A DNA stretch of 64,000 nucleotides, taken from positions 1 through 64,000 of the IMG/VR virus record IMGVR_UViG_3300015615_000196. The stretch is one strand, 5' to 3'. The notes beneath the pieces are model-generated. The model was given only the letters and a program-made list of their open reading frames with translations. It was not told the DNA's origin and did no database searches. The DNA comes from a virus (Duplodnaviria > Caudoviricetes). The translations under genes were made by a program, and so were the position numbers. This document shows positions 45,467-54,874 of this stretch, one piece after another. How positions within the stretch are numbered: the stretch's first letter is position 1; every line of letters starts with the position of its first letter.

Positions 45467-45871
45467 AATGAGTCCCATGAACCAGCATGTGATAACGAAT
45501 AGATGGCCACTGAATATCACAATATAGTTCAAAAGAAGCACCGTTGGTGATATATACGGCTTTCTGTAGAAAAGGTTGCTCACTCCTACAGATACCACAA
45601 TAATCAAAGGTACAACCCATAAATTAGTAAACAAAGTGAGTGCAAACCAAGGAACAAATGCTGATTGCACAAATGTCCGCAACTCCGTATTATCTCTCCG
45701 ATATTCTACAGCAAGTTTCATACGATACAATTGCGGTAGAATTTTCATTTTTGAAATGTACCTTCTCTTCAACTCCAACATGTAGGAGAACTCAAAGTTG
45801 TACATTGCAAACAGTGCGTCTATTGCAAGGAATATACTTAGAAAAAATATTATGTGTGCGAACAGTGTCAT
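45461..45871 (-). CDS. membrane protein, hypothetical
   Basis: Three to four hydrophobic segments. Confidence 0.7.
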   Translation of the reverse strand: MTLFAHIIFFLSIFLAIDALFAMYNFEFSYMLELKRRYISKMKILPQLYRMKLAVEYRRDNTELRTFVQSAFVPWFALTLFTNLWVVPLIIVVSVGVSNLFYRKPYISPTVLLLNYIVIFSGHLFVITCWFMGLIK

Positions 45872-46401
45872 TAACCTACCTTCACCTTGTTGGCTATTTC
45901 TTTGTGGAACGCAGCCAAGAATGCTTCTTTAGCTTCTTTCGGTGACATACAACGCATTGGTGGATATTCTGTGTCTGGCTTTTCAAGCATGACAACTTCC
46001 CACTCCCACTTCAACAGAAGAATATCAACTCTTTCAACTTCCGGTGATTTTGGATAATTGAAGTTGAACTTCTTCGCCAGCACATTCATCAAGTTGTCCT
46101 CGATTGAATTGTACTCTGCCAATTCAAGTTTGATTGGCTTCGGCATATCCAGCAAGTATGCTTCACTTGCATCGTGCATTAAAGCATCGAACTTGTAAGG
46201 CTCTTTTGCAACTTCATAGCATAACAATGAATGCTGTGCTACGGAATAGAATCTTGGGAGGTGTCCACCGAATCGACATTGATTTGACAATGCGTGTGCA
46301 ATGTCCTCAATGAGTAACGTGTCTGGATTAGGCTCAAATACGTTTACGTACTGCCCTGAAATCGTTCTTATAGAACGAACAGCATACAAATTCTCTGTCA
46401 T
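45871..46401 (-). CDS. HD-family 5'-deoxynucleotidase (YfdR/YfbR-like)
   Basis: IEDIAHALSNQCRFGGH...YSVAQHS...LMHDASEAYLLD. Confidence 0.9.
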   Translation of the reverse strand: MTENLYAVRSIRTISGQYVNVFEPNPDTLLIEDIAHALSNQCRFGGHLPRFYSVAQHSLLCYEVAKEPYKFDALMHDASEAYLLDMPKPIKLELAEYNSIEDNLMNVLAKKFNFNYPKSPEVERVDILLLKWEWEVVMLEKPDTEYPPMRCMSPKEAKEAFLAAFHKEIANKVKVG

Positions 46402-47102
46402 TGTAGTAAATTAAAGTGGCGTAACATTTCTGTTACTTTGGTTTCGAGTTCTTCGAGAGTACCATCGTTCACGATAACGTAGTCCCAATTCGTGTAATCG
46501 TTGAGTGCCGTTTCGCTTGGATGTGATGATGTGGAAACTTTTGAAGGACGAATGATTTTAATAACAATGCCCTTCTTTCTTTTGATACCCTCAACTTCGT
46601 TCGGGAATCTGGTGTCTGTGATGATTACTCTATCGTTGTCGGTAAGATCGCCAAGAGTAGCATTCACCCAAATGTTGGGATGAATTACATCCCGTCCACC
46701 TTCTGTACCCAAGAGTTGAAGTATTAATCGTGGAGTAAGAATTTGACTGGTGGGTTCTTTGTGTTCGAGAAAATTCCATCCACGTTCTTTAACAAACTTC
46801 ATTACGTCTTCTGGATTCGAGAAGAATGGTGTAACTCTGCCATCTTCTGTTTCATCCAATAGATTTTCATCTACCAGATACCAACGTCTCCATTCCTCGC
46901 CCAATGGTTTGTTTTTGAATTCGATGTCTTCGAAATCTTCCACTTTGCAGCCAAGGAGTATTGCACTCATTTCTTTTAACTTGCCAGCAAAGCGTCTTGT
47001 TCTCCAATCTCGATTGTTTGTGTTCTTCATGATCAGTGCAGCAACAGTATCCTTACCGTTTTGCAATTGAGCAGCAAGCCCAATGATATGTGGTGTATCC
47101 AT
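46398..47102 (-). CDS. deoxynucleoside monophosphate kinase
   Basis: GKDTVA, FAGKLKE, TPRLILQLLGTE, ITDTRFPNE, HPSE. Confidence 0.92.
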   Translation of the reverse strand: MDTPHIIGLAAQLQNGKDTVAALIMKNTNNRDWRTRRFAGKLKEMSAILLGCKVEDFEDIEFKNKPLGEEWRRWYLVDENLLDETEDGRVTPFFSNPEDVMKFVKERGWNFLEHKEPTSQILTPRLILQLLGTEGGRDVIHPNIWVNATLGDLTDNDRVIITDTRFPNEVEGIKRKKGIVIKIIRPSKVSTSSHPSETALNDYTNWDYVIVNDGTLEELETKVTEMLRHFNLLQ

Positions 47103-47749
47103 TATCCGAAAATTTTAACGTTATACAATTTTTCCAAGTTTTGTTTTTTGTCCATTGACTCACTGTCCCAAGTACTTACATGTTCATTCACGTTGTAGGC
47201 TTCAAGTTCACCTGCAACTTGTTTCATCATCTGCTGTAGTTCGGGCACTGAGATCGGTTCTTGATAATTCACAACTGAGAATTCATCACCGTTGACATTT
47301 GTTCTTACGTTGATTTTGCTCTTGAGAATGTCACTCTCTTTCAACGGCTCAGTGTAATGAATCACAGGTTTACCATTGACCATATTGACGCTCTTCGTCC
47401 TGTAAATCACATTGTTATACAAGTAGTACGATTGAGCATCCTTTATTTTGTAGAAGACACCCTTATGGTACGACAAATTGATTTCATCGAGTAGTCCATA
47501 GTTCTCAAGTGTCTTTGCCAGTTCATCCGTTGTCTTTGGCAAACGTTTAGTAACGATGCTGACGAATGATTTTAAATGACCGGGTGGAAGATCAGGGTGA
47601 CTTACGATACGCAAGCTACCTTGAGGACGTGAGTCGTTTGGATAATAAAGTATCCATCGTGCATCCACGTCAAATTCAGAAACGTGACCGAACTTTCGTT
47701 GCCACGTTCCTTGAACTACTGTACCACTGTCATCATCTTCCTCAGCCAT
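47102..47749 (-). CDS. hypothetical protein
   Basis: Coupled between clpP and kinase. Confidence 0.75.
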   Translation of the reverse strand: MAEEDDDSGTVVQGTWQRKFGHVSEFDVDARWILYYPNDSRPQGSLRIVSHPDLPPGHLKSFVSIVTKRLPKTTDELAKTLENYGLLDEINLSYHKGVFYKIKDAQSYYLYNNVIYRTKSVNMVNGKPVIHYTEPLKESDILKSKINVRTNVNGDEFSVVNYQEPISVPELQQMMKQVAGELEAYNVNEHVSTWDSESMDKKQNLEKLYNVKIFG

Positions 47750-48426
47750 TACTTACGAGTTCTTTTATCGTAAACGTCATCAATGATGCCGTATTCTTTT
47801 GCTTCGTTTGAACGCATCCATTTGTCACGGTTTGCATCCTTACTGATTTGCTCAACAGTCTTGCCAGTAGCATTTGCAAGAATCTCATAGAGGTCTTTGG
47901 TAACTTCTTGAGTTTCCTTCAATGCAATCTCCATATCAGAGACCACACCACGCATACCACTTGACGGTTGGTGAATCATTACCCGTGAATGTTTCAATGC
48001 TCCACGCATTCCCTTCTCACCACAAGCGAGTAACACTGCTGCCATTGATGCAGCCATACCAGTACACAAAGTACCAACTTTTGGTTGGATGTAGTTCATC
48101 GTATCGTAGATACCGAACCCATCGTATACTGAACCACCCGGAGAGTTGATGTACATCAAGATGTCTGACTTTGAATCAGTTGATTCAAGATACAACAATT
48201 GTGCTGTGATCAAGTTGGATACCAAGTCATCGATCCCCATGCCGAGAAAAATAATTCGGTCGGCAATTAATCTGGTGAAAACGTCAATAGGTCTGAAATT
48301 GTTTGGACGTTCCTCAATGATGTAGGGAGTCATATTCGAAACGTAGTTGTTGTAGGAGTCAACGGCATTACCGCTCATTCCCAAATGGTGAACCGCATAT
48401 TTGCGGAAATCATTTTCTTTGTTCAT
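47749..48426 (-). CDS. clpP: ATP-dependent Clp protease proteolytic subunit
   Basis: DRIIFLG, YINSPGGSV, GMAASMAA, MIHQP, RDKWM...EAKEYGIID. Confidence 0.97.
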   Translation of the reverse strand: MNKENDFRKYAVHHLGMSGNAVDSYNNYVSNMTPYIIEERPNNFRPIDVFTRLIADRIIFLGMGIDDLVSNLITAQLLYLESTDSKSDILMYINSPGGSVYDGFGIYDTMNYIQPKVGTLCTGMAASMAAVLLACGEKGMRGALKHSRVMIHQPSSGMRGVVSDMEIALKETQEVTKDLYEILANATGKTVEQISKDANRDKWMRSNEAKEYGIIDDVYDKRTRK

Positions 48427-49296
48427 TTATCTATTTGCTTTACGTGATTGATTCGACATACGTCTCTTGTGACGTTTCTTTTTGTTTTGTCTCGTGTTCA
48501 ATTGCTTGAGCGGACGAGAGCCATGATGTTTCGCACGGACAAAATATAATGCGAGTGCAGCCTTCTCAGTTTCGTTCATGTCTTCTTCTTTCTTCATGAG
48601 AAGAATCTGAACCTCCTTATTGGTGAGAACTTGCTGTGGGTGACGGAAGATAACCTCTTTGGGAGGTTCTTGATTTTCAGCAGCTTCGGCTGCATTCTGT
48701 GCTTCTACGTCTTCGGCACTTTCAATTAGTTGAGAATAAGAATGAAGTTCTTGTGGTTTTTCGTTCGGTTGGATTTGATCGTCTTCGTTCATTTTTAGAT
48801 CATAAACAATAAGATTATTTCTCCAAATATACGAATTTAAATTTCATCTGCAATACCATAGATAAATTTTCTTATTATTGAATAGTTCTCAAAACTACTT
48901 GAAAAGGTCTTAAATTGCCCGTTTTCTTTACCGACTTGGTAGATGTATTTCTCGTTCTCTTTGATGACACTTTTCAATGACTTAGTGTCAACACCCCAAC
49001 TGATTCTTTGTTCTTCGGTGGTGCTTTCCATCAGGTATTTGTATGCATCGCATTCGCGATCTGATGTCGATATGGGATAGGTTCGTTTTAAGAGAATGAA
49101 TTCATCCATAGAGTTTAACTATGTGATCTGCAATGAACTGCGCTTTGTTCAAGGGATCAATAGATAAATACTCTCTCAATGGAGGTTGATTTTTGGATGC
49201 AACCTTCATGAGTTCACGAATGAATTCGTATCTGCCTTGAGTGAATAAAGTTTCTTTACTCTGCTCTTTCAGAATTCTAAGAACCTCTTTTTTCAT
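48427..49296 (-). other. three hypothetical ORFs (48427-48792, 48837-49109, 49102-49296)
   Basis: Packed minus-strand ORFs. Confidence 0.7.
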
Positions 49297-49298
49297 AG

Positions 49299-49370
49299 AG
49301 GCGGGAGAAGTGCTTGCATCTTCGTATTAGGTCTTGCAAACCTACGACTCTCTATCTCGTCCATCCCGCC
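49299..49370 (-). tRNA. atypical tRNA-Cys(GCA) with degenerate T loop
   Basis: Acceptor GGCGGGA/TCCCGCC-U73; anticodon arm TAGGT-TTGCAAG-ACCTA; T arm GAAG-ATGCAAGCA-CTTC. Confidence 0.65.
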
Positions 49371-49430
49371 TTATTGTCCTAAAAATGTCCCAAATATTTT
49401 TACAACAGTATTTATTAAGAAATCAATATT

Positions 49431-49841
49431 ATGAAAAAACTATGTTCCAAATGTAAAACAAAAAAAGAACTCAAGCAATTTTCTCGTAATCGTTTTAATT
49501 CAGATGGTTATCATCATTACTGTAAATCCTGTAAAAATAAGGATGCTAAACATCGATATTCAACAAATGAAGAATATCGTTTAAAACGTCAAAGAAAACA
49601 ATTAAATTATCTATACGCACTATCTGAAACTGATTACGATCAACTACTAACAAATCAAAATCATTCATGTGCAATTTGTCTACTTCCATTTGAATCAAAA
49701 AGAAAGACCTTCGTTGATCATTGTCACAAATCAGGCAAAGTCAGAGGACTACTTTGCCCGAAATGTAACAATTTATTGGGTCAATGCCACGATGATACTT
49801 TGATTTTAAATTCAGCAATCGAATATCTCACCAAAATTTAG
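49431..49841 (+). CDS. endonuclease VII-family (His-Me finger) protein, probable free-standing homing endonuclease
   Basis: CSKC..CKSC then CAIC...VDHCH...VRGLLCPKCNNLLG; inverted relative to neighbours, AT-richer. Confidence 0.88.
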   Translation: MKKLCSKCKTKKELKQFSRNRFNSDGYHHYCKSCKNKDAKHRYSTNEEYRLKRQRKQLNYLYALSETDYDQLLTNQNHSCAICLLPFESKRKTFVDHCHKSGKVRGLLCPKCNNLLGQCHDDTLILNSAIEYLTKI

Positions 49842-50443
49842 TGTACTGCAACATTACTTACAATGTGTTTTCCACGTCTGTCAATTTGTTTCCATTTGAT
49901 TTTGAAGGACGTAGACTCGATACCACCGAACATTGAAGCATTTGCATGAATCTCACAAAGACCTGTGATCAATAAACTTACTGCCAACGGACTTTTGCAG
50001 AATTCATCGAGTTCCTCATTCTTAATGGTATGGATCACCATATCATTCTTGATCAACTCGGCAACAACATTGTCATTCTTAAATAACTTTTTCCACACTT
50101 CATACGATGCATTCGCATGATCAGGAAAATGTTGCTTACCGTTTTCGTCAAGACAACGGACATAAGGCTTTCCACAATCGTGATACACTTGGTAGCGCAT
50201 CATCGTATCGTCATCCAGTACGTTACTGATAACTTCGTAACCATACTGATCAAGCCAATCAGGAAGTTTCCATTCGTATTTCAATGGTGATCCTGTACGT
50301 AAATGAGCAATCAAGTCACGATAGTACTCGTTGACCAACTTACCGTGATCGAGAACAGACATTCCTTTTGTCTGCTCACAAGCAATCATATCATCAATGA
50401 GTTCCTTGAAACCCAAGTTCTCAGGTATTATTTTAGTTTCCAT
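49838..50443 (-). CDS. HD-domain protein
   Basis: SVLDHG...YHDCGKP...HFPDHA...DMVIH. Confidence 0.8.
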   Translation of the reverse strand: METKIIPENLGFKELIDDMIACEQTKGMSVLDHGKLVNEYYRDLIAHLRTGSPLKYEWKLPDWLDQYGYEVISNVLDDDTMMRYQVYHDCGKPYVRCLDENGKQHFPDHANASYEVWKKLFKNDNVVAELIKNDMVIHTIKNEELDEFCKSPLAVSLLITGLCEIHANASMFGGIESTSFKIKWKQIDRRGKHIVSNVAVH

Positions 50444-51069
50444 ACTTGTCCTTTTTCAGGGTCATAATGCCAAACATAAAACTCGGCTTTCTTTTCAGGA
50501 TAGAACTTCCCGCTTTCGATTACTGCCATGCATTCACCTTGGCAGAAAGTTTCTTTTGTGAGTCCAAGCCATCCGTGTGCGGTCATCGTATTGAACTGAC
50601 CGATCTTACTGGTAAGTGGTTGGCGTACTTCCCAACCACCAGAGAAATATTTGTCGATGGTTCTGGTTGTCCACTCGGCAATTGATTTCTCGTGTACGTT
50701 TCTCGCATACGCAGCTTCATCTTCGATATGCTTCCAGTATGAGGCTTTGCGTTCCTCATTATGAACATATGTGAGATCATAGCGAATGCGTTTTTTGATT
50801 CGTTCGAGATCACCTTCTTCATCCCAAATGATACTGTCGATGTCCATTGTATGAATGTCAACTTTGTATCCTTGTGTTGAAGTGACCAGCACCGAATCGT
50901 GAGGATAGAATCGTTTCTCTTCTCCCAATTCTAAATACTGGTAGGGGCCATCCCAATAACCTTCCTTCGGTTCTGCAAACCAAGGTGCACCCCCACCGGG
51001 AAGGCGAACGTAGCCTTCACCAGTAGGGTCTGCTTCCTGCAACATCTTTATGAAGTCTTTTGTTTTCAT
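50428..51069 (-). CDS. hypothetical protein
   Basis: Coupled ORF. Confidence 0.75.
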   Translation of the reverse strand: MKTKDFIKMLQEADPTGEGYVRLPGGGAPWFAEPKEGYWDGPYQYLELGEEKRFYPHDSVLVTSTQGYKVDIHTMDIDSIIWDEEGDLERIKKRIRYDLTYVHNEERKASYWKHIEDEAAYARNVHEKSIAEWTTRTIDKYFSGGWEVRQPLTSKIGQFNTMTAHGWLGLTKETFCQGECMAVIESGKFYPEKKAEFYVWHYDPEKGQVWKLK

Positions 51070-51521
51070 GATATTGCTTGGTTCTTCTCTAATCTTATTT
51101 TGTAGAAGTCACCTTTCTCCTGCTTGTAGTCAGCATACGCAGCTTGCATTTTTGCCAATGCTTCTTTGTATGCCTTTCTCTTTTCTTGGATGGCGATTTC
51201 CTTGTCAGACTTGATGACACGCACTCGTAAGTCGGACTTCAAAATTGTCTTCATCAAGAAGTGTAAGAACTTGTTGATCCCTGCCAACGTAGGACGGTTG
51301 TAAATCATCCAGATGTAGTTCGCAAGTTTCTTTCTTTTCTTCTTGCTTGCGTTGATCAAAGCTGCATTGAATTCTGCTTCTGTGATCTTGTCAAAGTTAT
51401 CTCGGTCTTTGAACTGGTAATCGTTTTTCTTAACGAAGTCCTCGATCTTACCGAAAGCTGATTTAATGAACTGATAGTTAATAGCAGTTGCATGTACGTG
51501 ATTTGAGATTGTGTTTTCCAT
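51066..51521 (-). CDS. basic hypothetical protein
   Basis: First long ORF after the amber uORF and hairpin. Confidence 0.75.
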   Translation of the reverse strand: MENTISNHVHATAINYQFIKSAFGKIEDFVKKNDYQFKDRDNFDKITEAEFNAALINASKKKRKKLANYIWMIYNRPTLAGINKFLHFLMKTILKSDLRVRVIKSDKEIAIQEKRKAYKEALAKMQAAYADYKQEKGDFYKIRLEKNQAIS

Positions 51522-51602
51522 AACTGAAAATTGTTAAATTGTTAAATGATTATTTTCTTTCGTTACTTGGACACTGTGTCCGAGTAAATGTCCAAGTTCA
51601 GT

Positions 51603-51638
51603 TTATGGAGGTCGTTCGATGATCTATAACTTTTTCAT
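51603..51638 (-). CDS. putative leader peptide MKKL(TAG)IIERPP-stop
   Basis: ATG AAA AAG TTA TAG ATC ATC GAA CGA CCT CCA TAA after A-rich start context; hairpin at 51565-51597 follows. Confidence 0.65.
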
Positions 51639-51654
51639 GATTGTAGTGTTTAAT

Positions 51655-52026
51655 TTATTTAAATGATTTTAATGCCAGTGGTAGGTTCGAAAGCATCTTT
51701 CGAATTTCAGGTGTGGCGTATACGGCAAGAGCAGTTGCTTGATCCTGAATATCAGGTTCACGGAAAAGTGTGACGTAAGGCGTTGTCTCCCTTAATCGAT
51801 TGTACCAATCGATCAAAGACGCTTCGTCTTTAACTGCAAGTGTGATAATTGAATTGGATTCTTCTTTCCATTGCTTCGCAATAGCAGGATGCTCGTGTAT
51901 GAAGTCAGCAATGGCGTGGGCGGTCTGGACGACCTGATAACCCGGTGAAATATCCTGTCTGGTAAGTGTTACCAGCTTGGATTCGGTAAATCTCGAAATC
52001 TACCCGATGTTGTGATCTTTTTTCAT
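51655..52026 (-). CDS. Pth2-like peptidyl-tRNA hydrolase with in-frame TAG at codon 9 (missed by ORF track)
   Basis: MKKDHNIG*ISRFTESKLVTLTRQDISPGYQVVQTAHAIADF...SIITLAV...FREPDIQDQATALAV...LSNLPLAL; TAG at 52000-52002. Confidence 0.8.
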
Positions 52027-52081
52027 GACAGTTGTTTTTAAATTGTGTTTCGTTTAAATCTAAGTGCCTTGTAACTATATA

Positions 52082-52107
52082 TACGCAAAGGAGGGAAAAA
52101 GGTTTCA
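52082..52107 (-). promoter_or_regulatory. ECF-type promoter TGAAAC-N16-CGTA for the Pth2-like operon
   Basis: Exact SigW-type consensus; terminator hairpin just upstream (~52111-52140). Confidence 0.8.
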
Positions 52108-52160
52108 ATAAAAAAAGGGTTTTTTTCAAAACCCTCTTTTCAGTCGAATTTAAACGATTT

Positions 52161-52928
52161 TTAGTTCTCGTCTTCGTCAGAAAGTAATGATTCCGAATTT
52201 ACAGATGCCAAACTTGCACTCATACCTCTGTATGAAGCTGCTGCTCTTGACACTTTACTGTAAAGGACTTGATTACCAAGTGATGTGTTTTGGAACTGGA
52301 AGGTATTACCTTGAGAGATATTTAAACCCTTGCTCACAGTAACTGCGTCCTCAGTTGAACATAAGAACAAAAACTGCCAGTTGTTTTTCTTTTGATACGC
52401 AATCAAATCGGCAATGTCTGTTTGTTTGAACTCTGTGCTGGAATTTTCTCCACCATCTGTTACGATGATACACAAAACCTTTGTAGGTCTCTGTGATTCC
52501 TTCACATTCTGCATAGTTGCTTTGTATCCAGTGACACTCTTTCCAATTGCATCATACAATGCAGTCATGCCTCTCGGTACAAAGGTAGCAGTAGTCAACT
52601 CAGGTACATCTTGAATGTCAATGCTCTTACCCTCATACAACGGTTCGAATCTGTCATCAAATAACGTTCCTGATAAAGTTGCTTTATCTTTCAGTTTCTT
52701 CTGCTCACTAATGAAATTATTGTATCCACCGATTGCGTCATTTACTACAGGTCGCATTGAACCAGAACGGTCGAGAATTGCGATGATGTGAGTGGATTCT
52801 TTTTTACGTGCTGTGGTTTTTTTAGCCTTCACAGTGGGCTTTTTTGCCTTAGCTTTTACCGCTTTTTTTGCTGCGGTTTTTTTAGCTTTGGCCGTAGTCT
52901 TCTTTGGTCGTGCCATAAAAGTTGTCAT
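52161..52928 (-). CDS. vWA-domain protein with Lys/Ala-rich N-terminal tail
   Basis: MIDAS DRSGSM, TALYDAIG, IVTDGGENSS. Confidence 0.9.
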   Translation of the reverse strand: MTTFMARPKKTTAKAKKTAAKKAVKAKAKKPTVKAKKTTARKKESTHIIAILDRSGSMRPVVNDAIGGYNNFISEQKKLKDKATLSGTLFDDRFEPLYEGKSIDIQDVPELTTATFVPRGMTALYDAIGKSVTGYKATMQNVKESQRPTKVLCIIVTDGGENSSTEFKQTDIADLIAYQKKNNWQFLFLCSTEDAVTVSKGLNISQGNTFQFQNTSLGNQVLYSKVSRAAASYRGMSASLASVNSESLLSDEDEN

Positions 52929-53051
52929 TAAATAAGGTTATACGCTGGTAAATACAGCACCTACAAATTTAATTAAGGATTTGTTCACCACCAAGGAAAC
53001 TTAATTAAAATTTTGCCGTAAATGCCTGAAATTCTGTTGTATTTATAGGAT

Positions 53052-53447
53052 ATGATTACAATCCACAAGAAAGATGGGCTTCAAACAGACGAGAACTACC
53101 TCAACTATATTACTGATTTCGTCAAATTTGCTGCTGCCATCCTGAACATGAAGGACGACTTCAACCTTTTCCTTCTTGGAAAGGGTCAGGATGGGGAGTC
53201 TACGACAGGTGGATACAGTCCGAGCGAAAATACGATCCGTGTTCTTTATCAGGACAGAGCATTAGTGGACATCTTGAGAAGTATCGCTCACGAAATGGAG
53301 CATCAGCGTCAGAATAATCACGAACTCATTCAAGGAAAACCACAGAATATCGGTGGGTTCTTGGAGAATGATGCAAACATCATTGCTGGAATCTTAATTA
53401 AACTTTACGTCAAAGCGACAAACAATCACAACCTATACTGGATGTAA
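53052..53447 (+). CDS. HExxH zincin-like protein
   Basis: LRSIAHEMEH...ENDAN. Confidence 0.7.
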   Translation: MITIHKKDGLQTDENYLNYITDFVKFAAAILNMKDDFNLFLLGKGQDGESTTGGYSPSENTIRVLYQDRALVDILRSIAHEMEHQRQNNHELIQGKPQNIGGFLENDANIIAGILIKLYVKATNNHNLYWM

Positions 53448-53472
53448 TTGTCACGCTTGACTATTACACTGT

Positions 53473-53817
53473 ATGGAGAAGATTTCTAAAGTCATCAGAT
53501 CACACGCGAATGGATCAATGTTCGAGTACGTGTTCTTTTGTCCGGGATGTGGTTGTGCACACGGGATTCGTACTACAAGTTGGCCGATGCCAACCGGATT
53601 AACAGAAGAGTACATTGAACTCTTCCAGAACAAATGGACTTTTAATGGTGATGTTGAGAAGCCTACTATACACCCTTCCATTCATGTATGGCATAAAGAT
53701 AAGAAAGGCAATAAAACTACAACTTGCCATTCGTTCGTTACGGAAGGTAAAATCCAATACCTCAATGATTGTATCCACGATTTAAAGGGACAGACAATCG
53801 ACTTGCCGGATTTTTGA
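53473..53817 (+). CDS. DUF6527-like Cys/His protein
   Basis: FCPGCGCAH...WTFNGD..KPT..PSI...CHSF...DCIHDLKGQT. Confidence 0.7.
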   Translation: MEKISKVIRSHANGSMFEYVFFCPGCGCAHGIRTTSWPMPTGLTEEYIELFQNKWTFNGDVEKPTIHPSIHVWHKDKKGNKTTTCHSFVTEGKIQYLNDCIHDLKGQTIDLPDF

Positions 53818-53893
53818 GCACAAGGTGGGATTCGAACCCACGACATATGCCTGTTTTGCAGACAGGAGCCTTGAACCACTTGGCGACATGTGC
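53817..53893 (-). tRNA. tRNA-Cys(GCA)
   Basis: Cloverleaf; loop CTGCAAA. Confidence 0.9.
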
Positions 53894-53898
53894 GTGTG

Positions 53899-53980
53899 TA
53901 CCCCCGACAGGATTCGAACCTGTACGCCTTTCGGCACTACGTTCTAAGCGTAGCATGACTACCATTTCCAACACGGGGGC
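53899..53980 (-). tRNA. tRNA-Leu(TAG)
   Basis: Class II cloverleaf; loop CTTAGAA. Confidence 0.93.
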
Positions 53981-54007
53981 ATTTTAATCTCTTTCTAATA
54001 AGTATTT

Positions 54008-54322
54008 ATGGGTATGCAGGGAGTAAACGAAATAACCAACATTTTCAAGGACGACCAAGAATACATTCCGGTCATTGCTGATCACGGAACGGTTGATGAT
54101 GCCATTTTCGGTGCTGCACTTCGTAAGGGTCATCTACCCAAATCCAATGTTACTACCGAATCTTTCAACATTGTCAAGAAGAATATCTACAAGATACACA
54201 AGCATGACGTGCCAAAGTTACTCAAGCTGCTCGAAGGTCTCAACAAAAGGCATCAAAATCAATTTCAGCCTCACATTGACGACATTTCTTACCACTTCAA
54301 CTCAATCAAAAAGAAGAACTAA
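54008..54322 (+). CDS. hypothetical protein
   Basis: Preceded by GTATTTAT motif. Confidence 0.6.
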   Translation: MGMQGVNEITNIFKDDQEYIPVIADHGTVDDAIFGAALRKGHLPKSNVTTESFNIVKKNIYKIHKHDVPKLLKLLEGLNKRHQNQFQPHIDDISYHFNSIKKKN

Positions 54323-54516
54323 TCCTTATCTACATCGTTGAGTACGTACTTCACAAGAAGCACAACTGCGATTGTACTGAAAGGAATAAACAGTATGATC
54401 AAATCGATCAAGAAAAGAACTGGATTAATGAATCCATGATTCTTCAACTTGTAGTAAGTTGTCAACGGGAGGATTATTCTCCACCAGTTGAATTGCTTGA
54501 TCTTATCCATCATATG

Positions 54517-54598
54517 TACCCTTGGAGGGACTCGAACCCCCACGCCTCACGGCACTGGCTTCTTAGACCAGCGTGGCTACCAATTACACCACAAGGGC
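54517..54598 (-). tRNA. tRNA-Leu(AAG)
   Basis: Class II cloverleaf; CTGGT-CTAAGAA-GCCAG. Confidence 0.9.
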
Positions 54599-54627
54599 AT
54601 GTACATTTAAATACTGAGAAGTATTTG

Positions 54628-54698
54628 AGCCTTGACTGAGAATTGAACTCAGATTCTTTGTTTACGAAACAAAAGTTTTGCCGTTAAACTATCAAGGC
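54628..54698 (-). tRNA. tRNA-Thr(CGT)
   Basis: Loop TTCGTAA. Confidence 0.88.
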
Positions 54699-54705
54699 AA
54701 TTTTT

Positions 54706-54780
54706 TGGAGCCTCCAATGAGAATCGAACTCATGTTTCTCCCTTACCAAGGGAATGTTCTACCATTGCAACTATGGAGGC
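54706..54780 (-). tRNA. tRNA-Thr(GGT)
   Basis: Loop TTGGTAA; CCA encoded. Confidence 0.9.
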
Positions 54781-54786
54781 TTATAC

Positions 54787-54872
54787 AAAGTATTGTTCTG
54801 ACATTGAACTACGCCCTTACGTCATGATCGTAATTTGAGGATCGGTGGGACTCCAACCCACAACTATACTTC
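54787..54872 (-). ncRNA. circularly permuted tRNA-like RNA (YrlA/Y RNA-like), copy 1
   Basis: Order: AAGTAT stem - T arm GTGGG-TTGGAGT-CCCAC - closed acceptor hairpin - D arm GTTC-AATGTCA-GAAC - ATACTT. Confidence 0.7.
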
Positions 54873-54874
54873 TG

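Noticed and set aside
51905-52129. 74-aa ORF in the track overlapping the Pth2-like start
   Set aside because: Starts upstream of the promoter, in another frame, with no motifs; the Pth2-like frame explains the region
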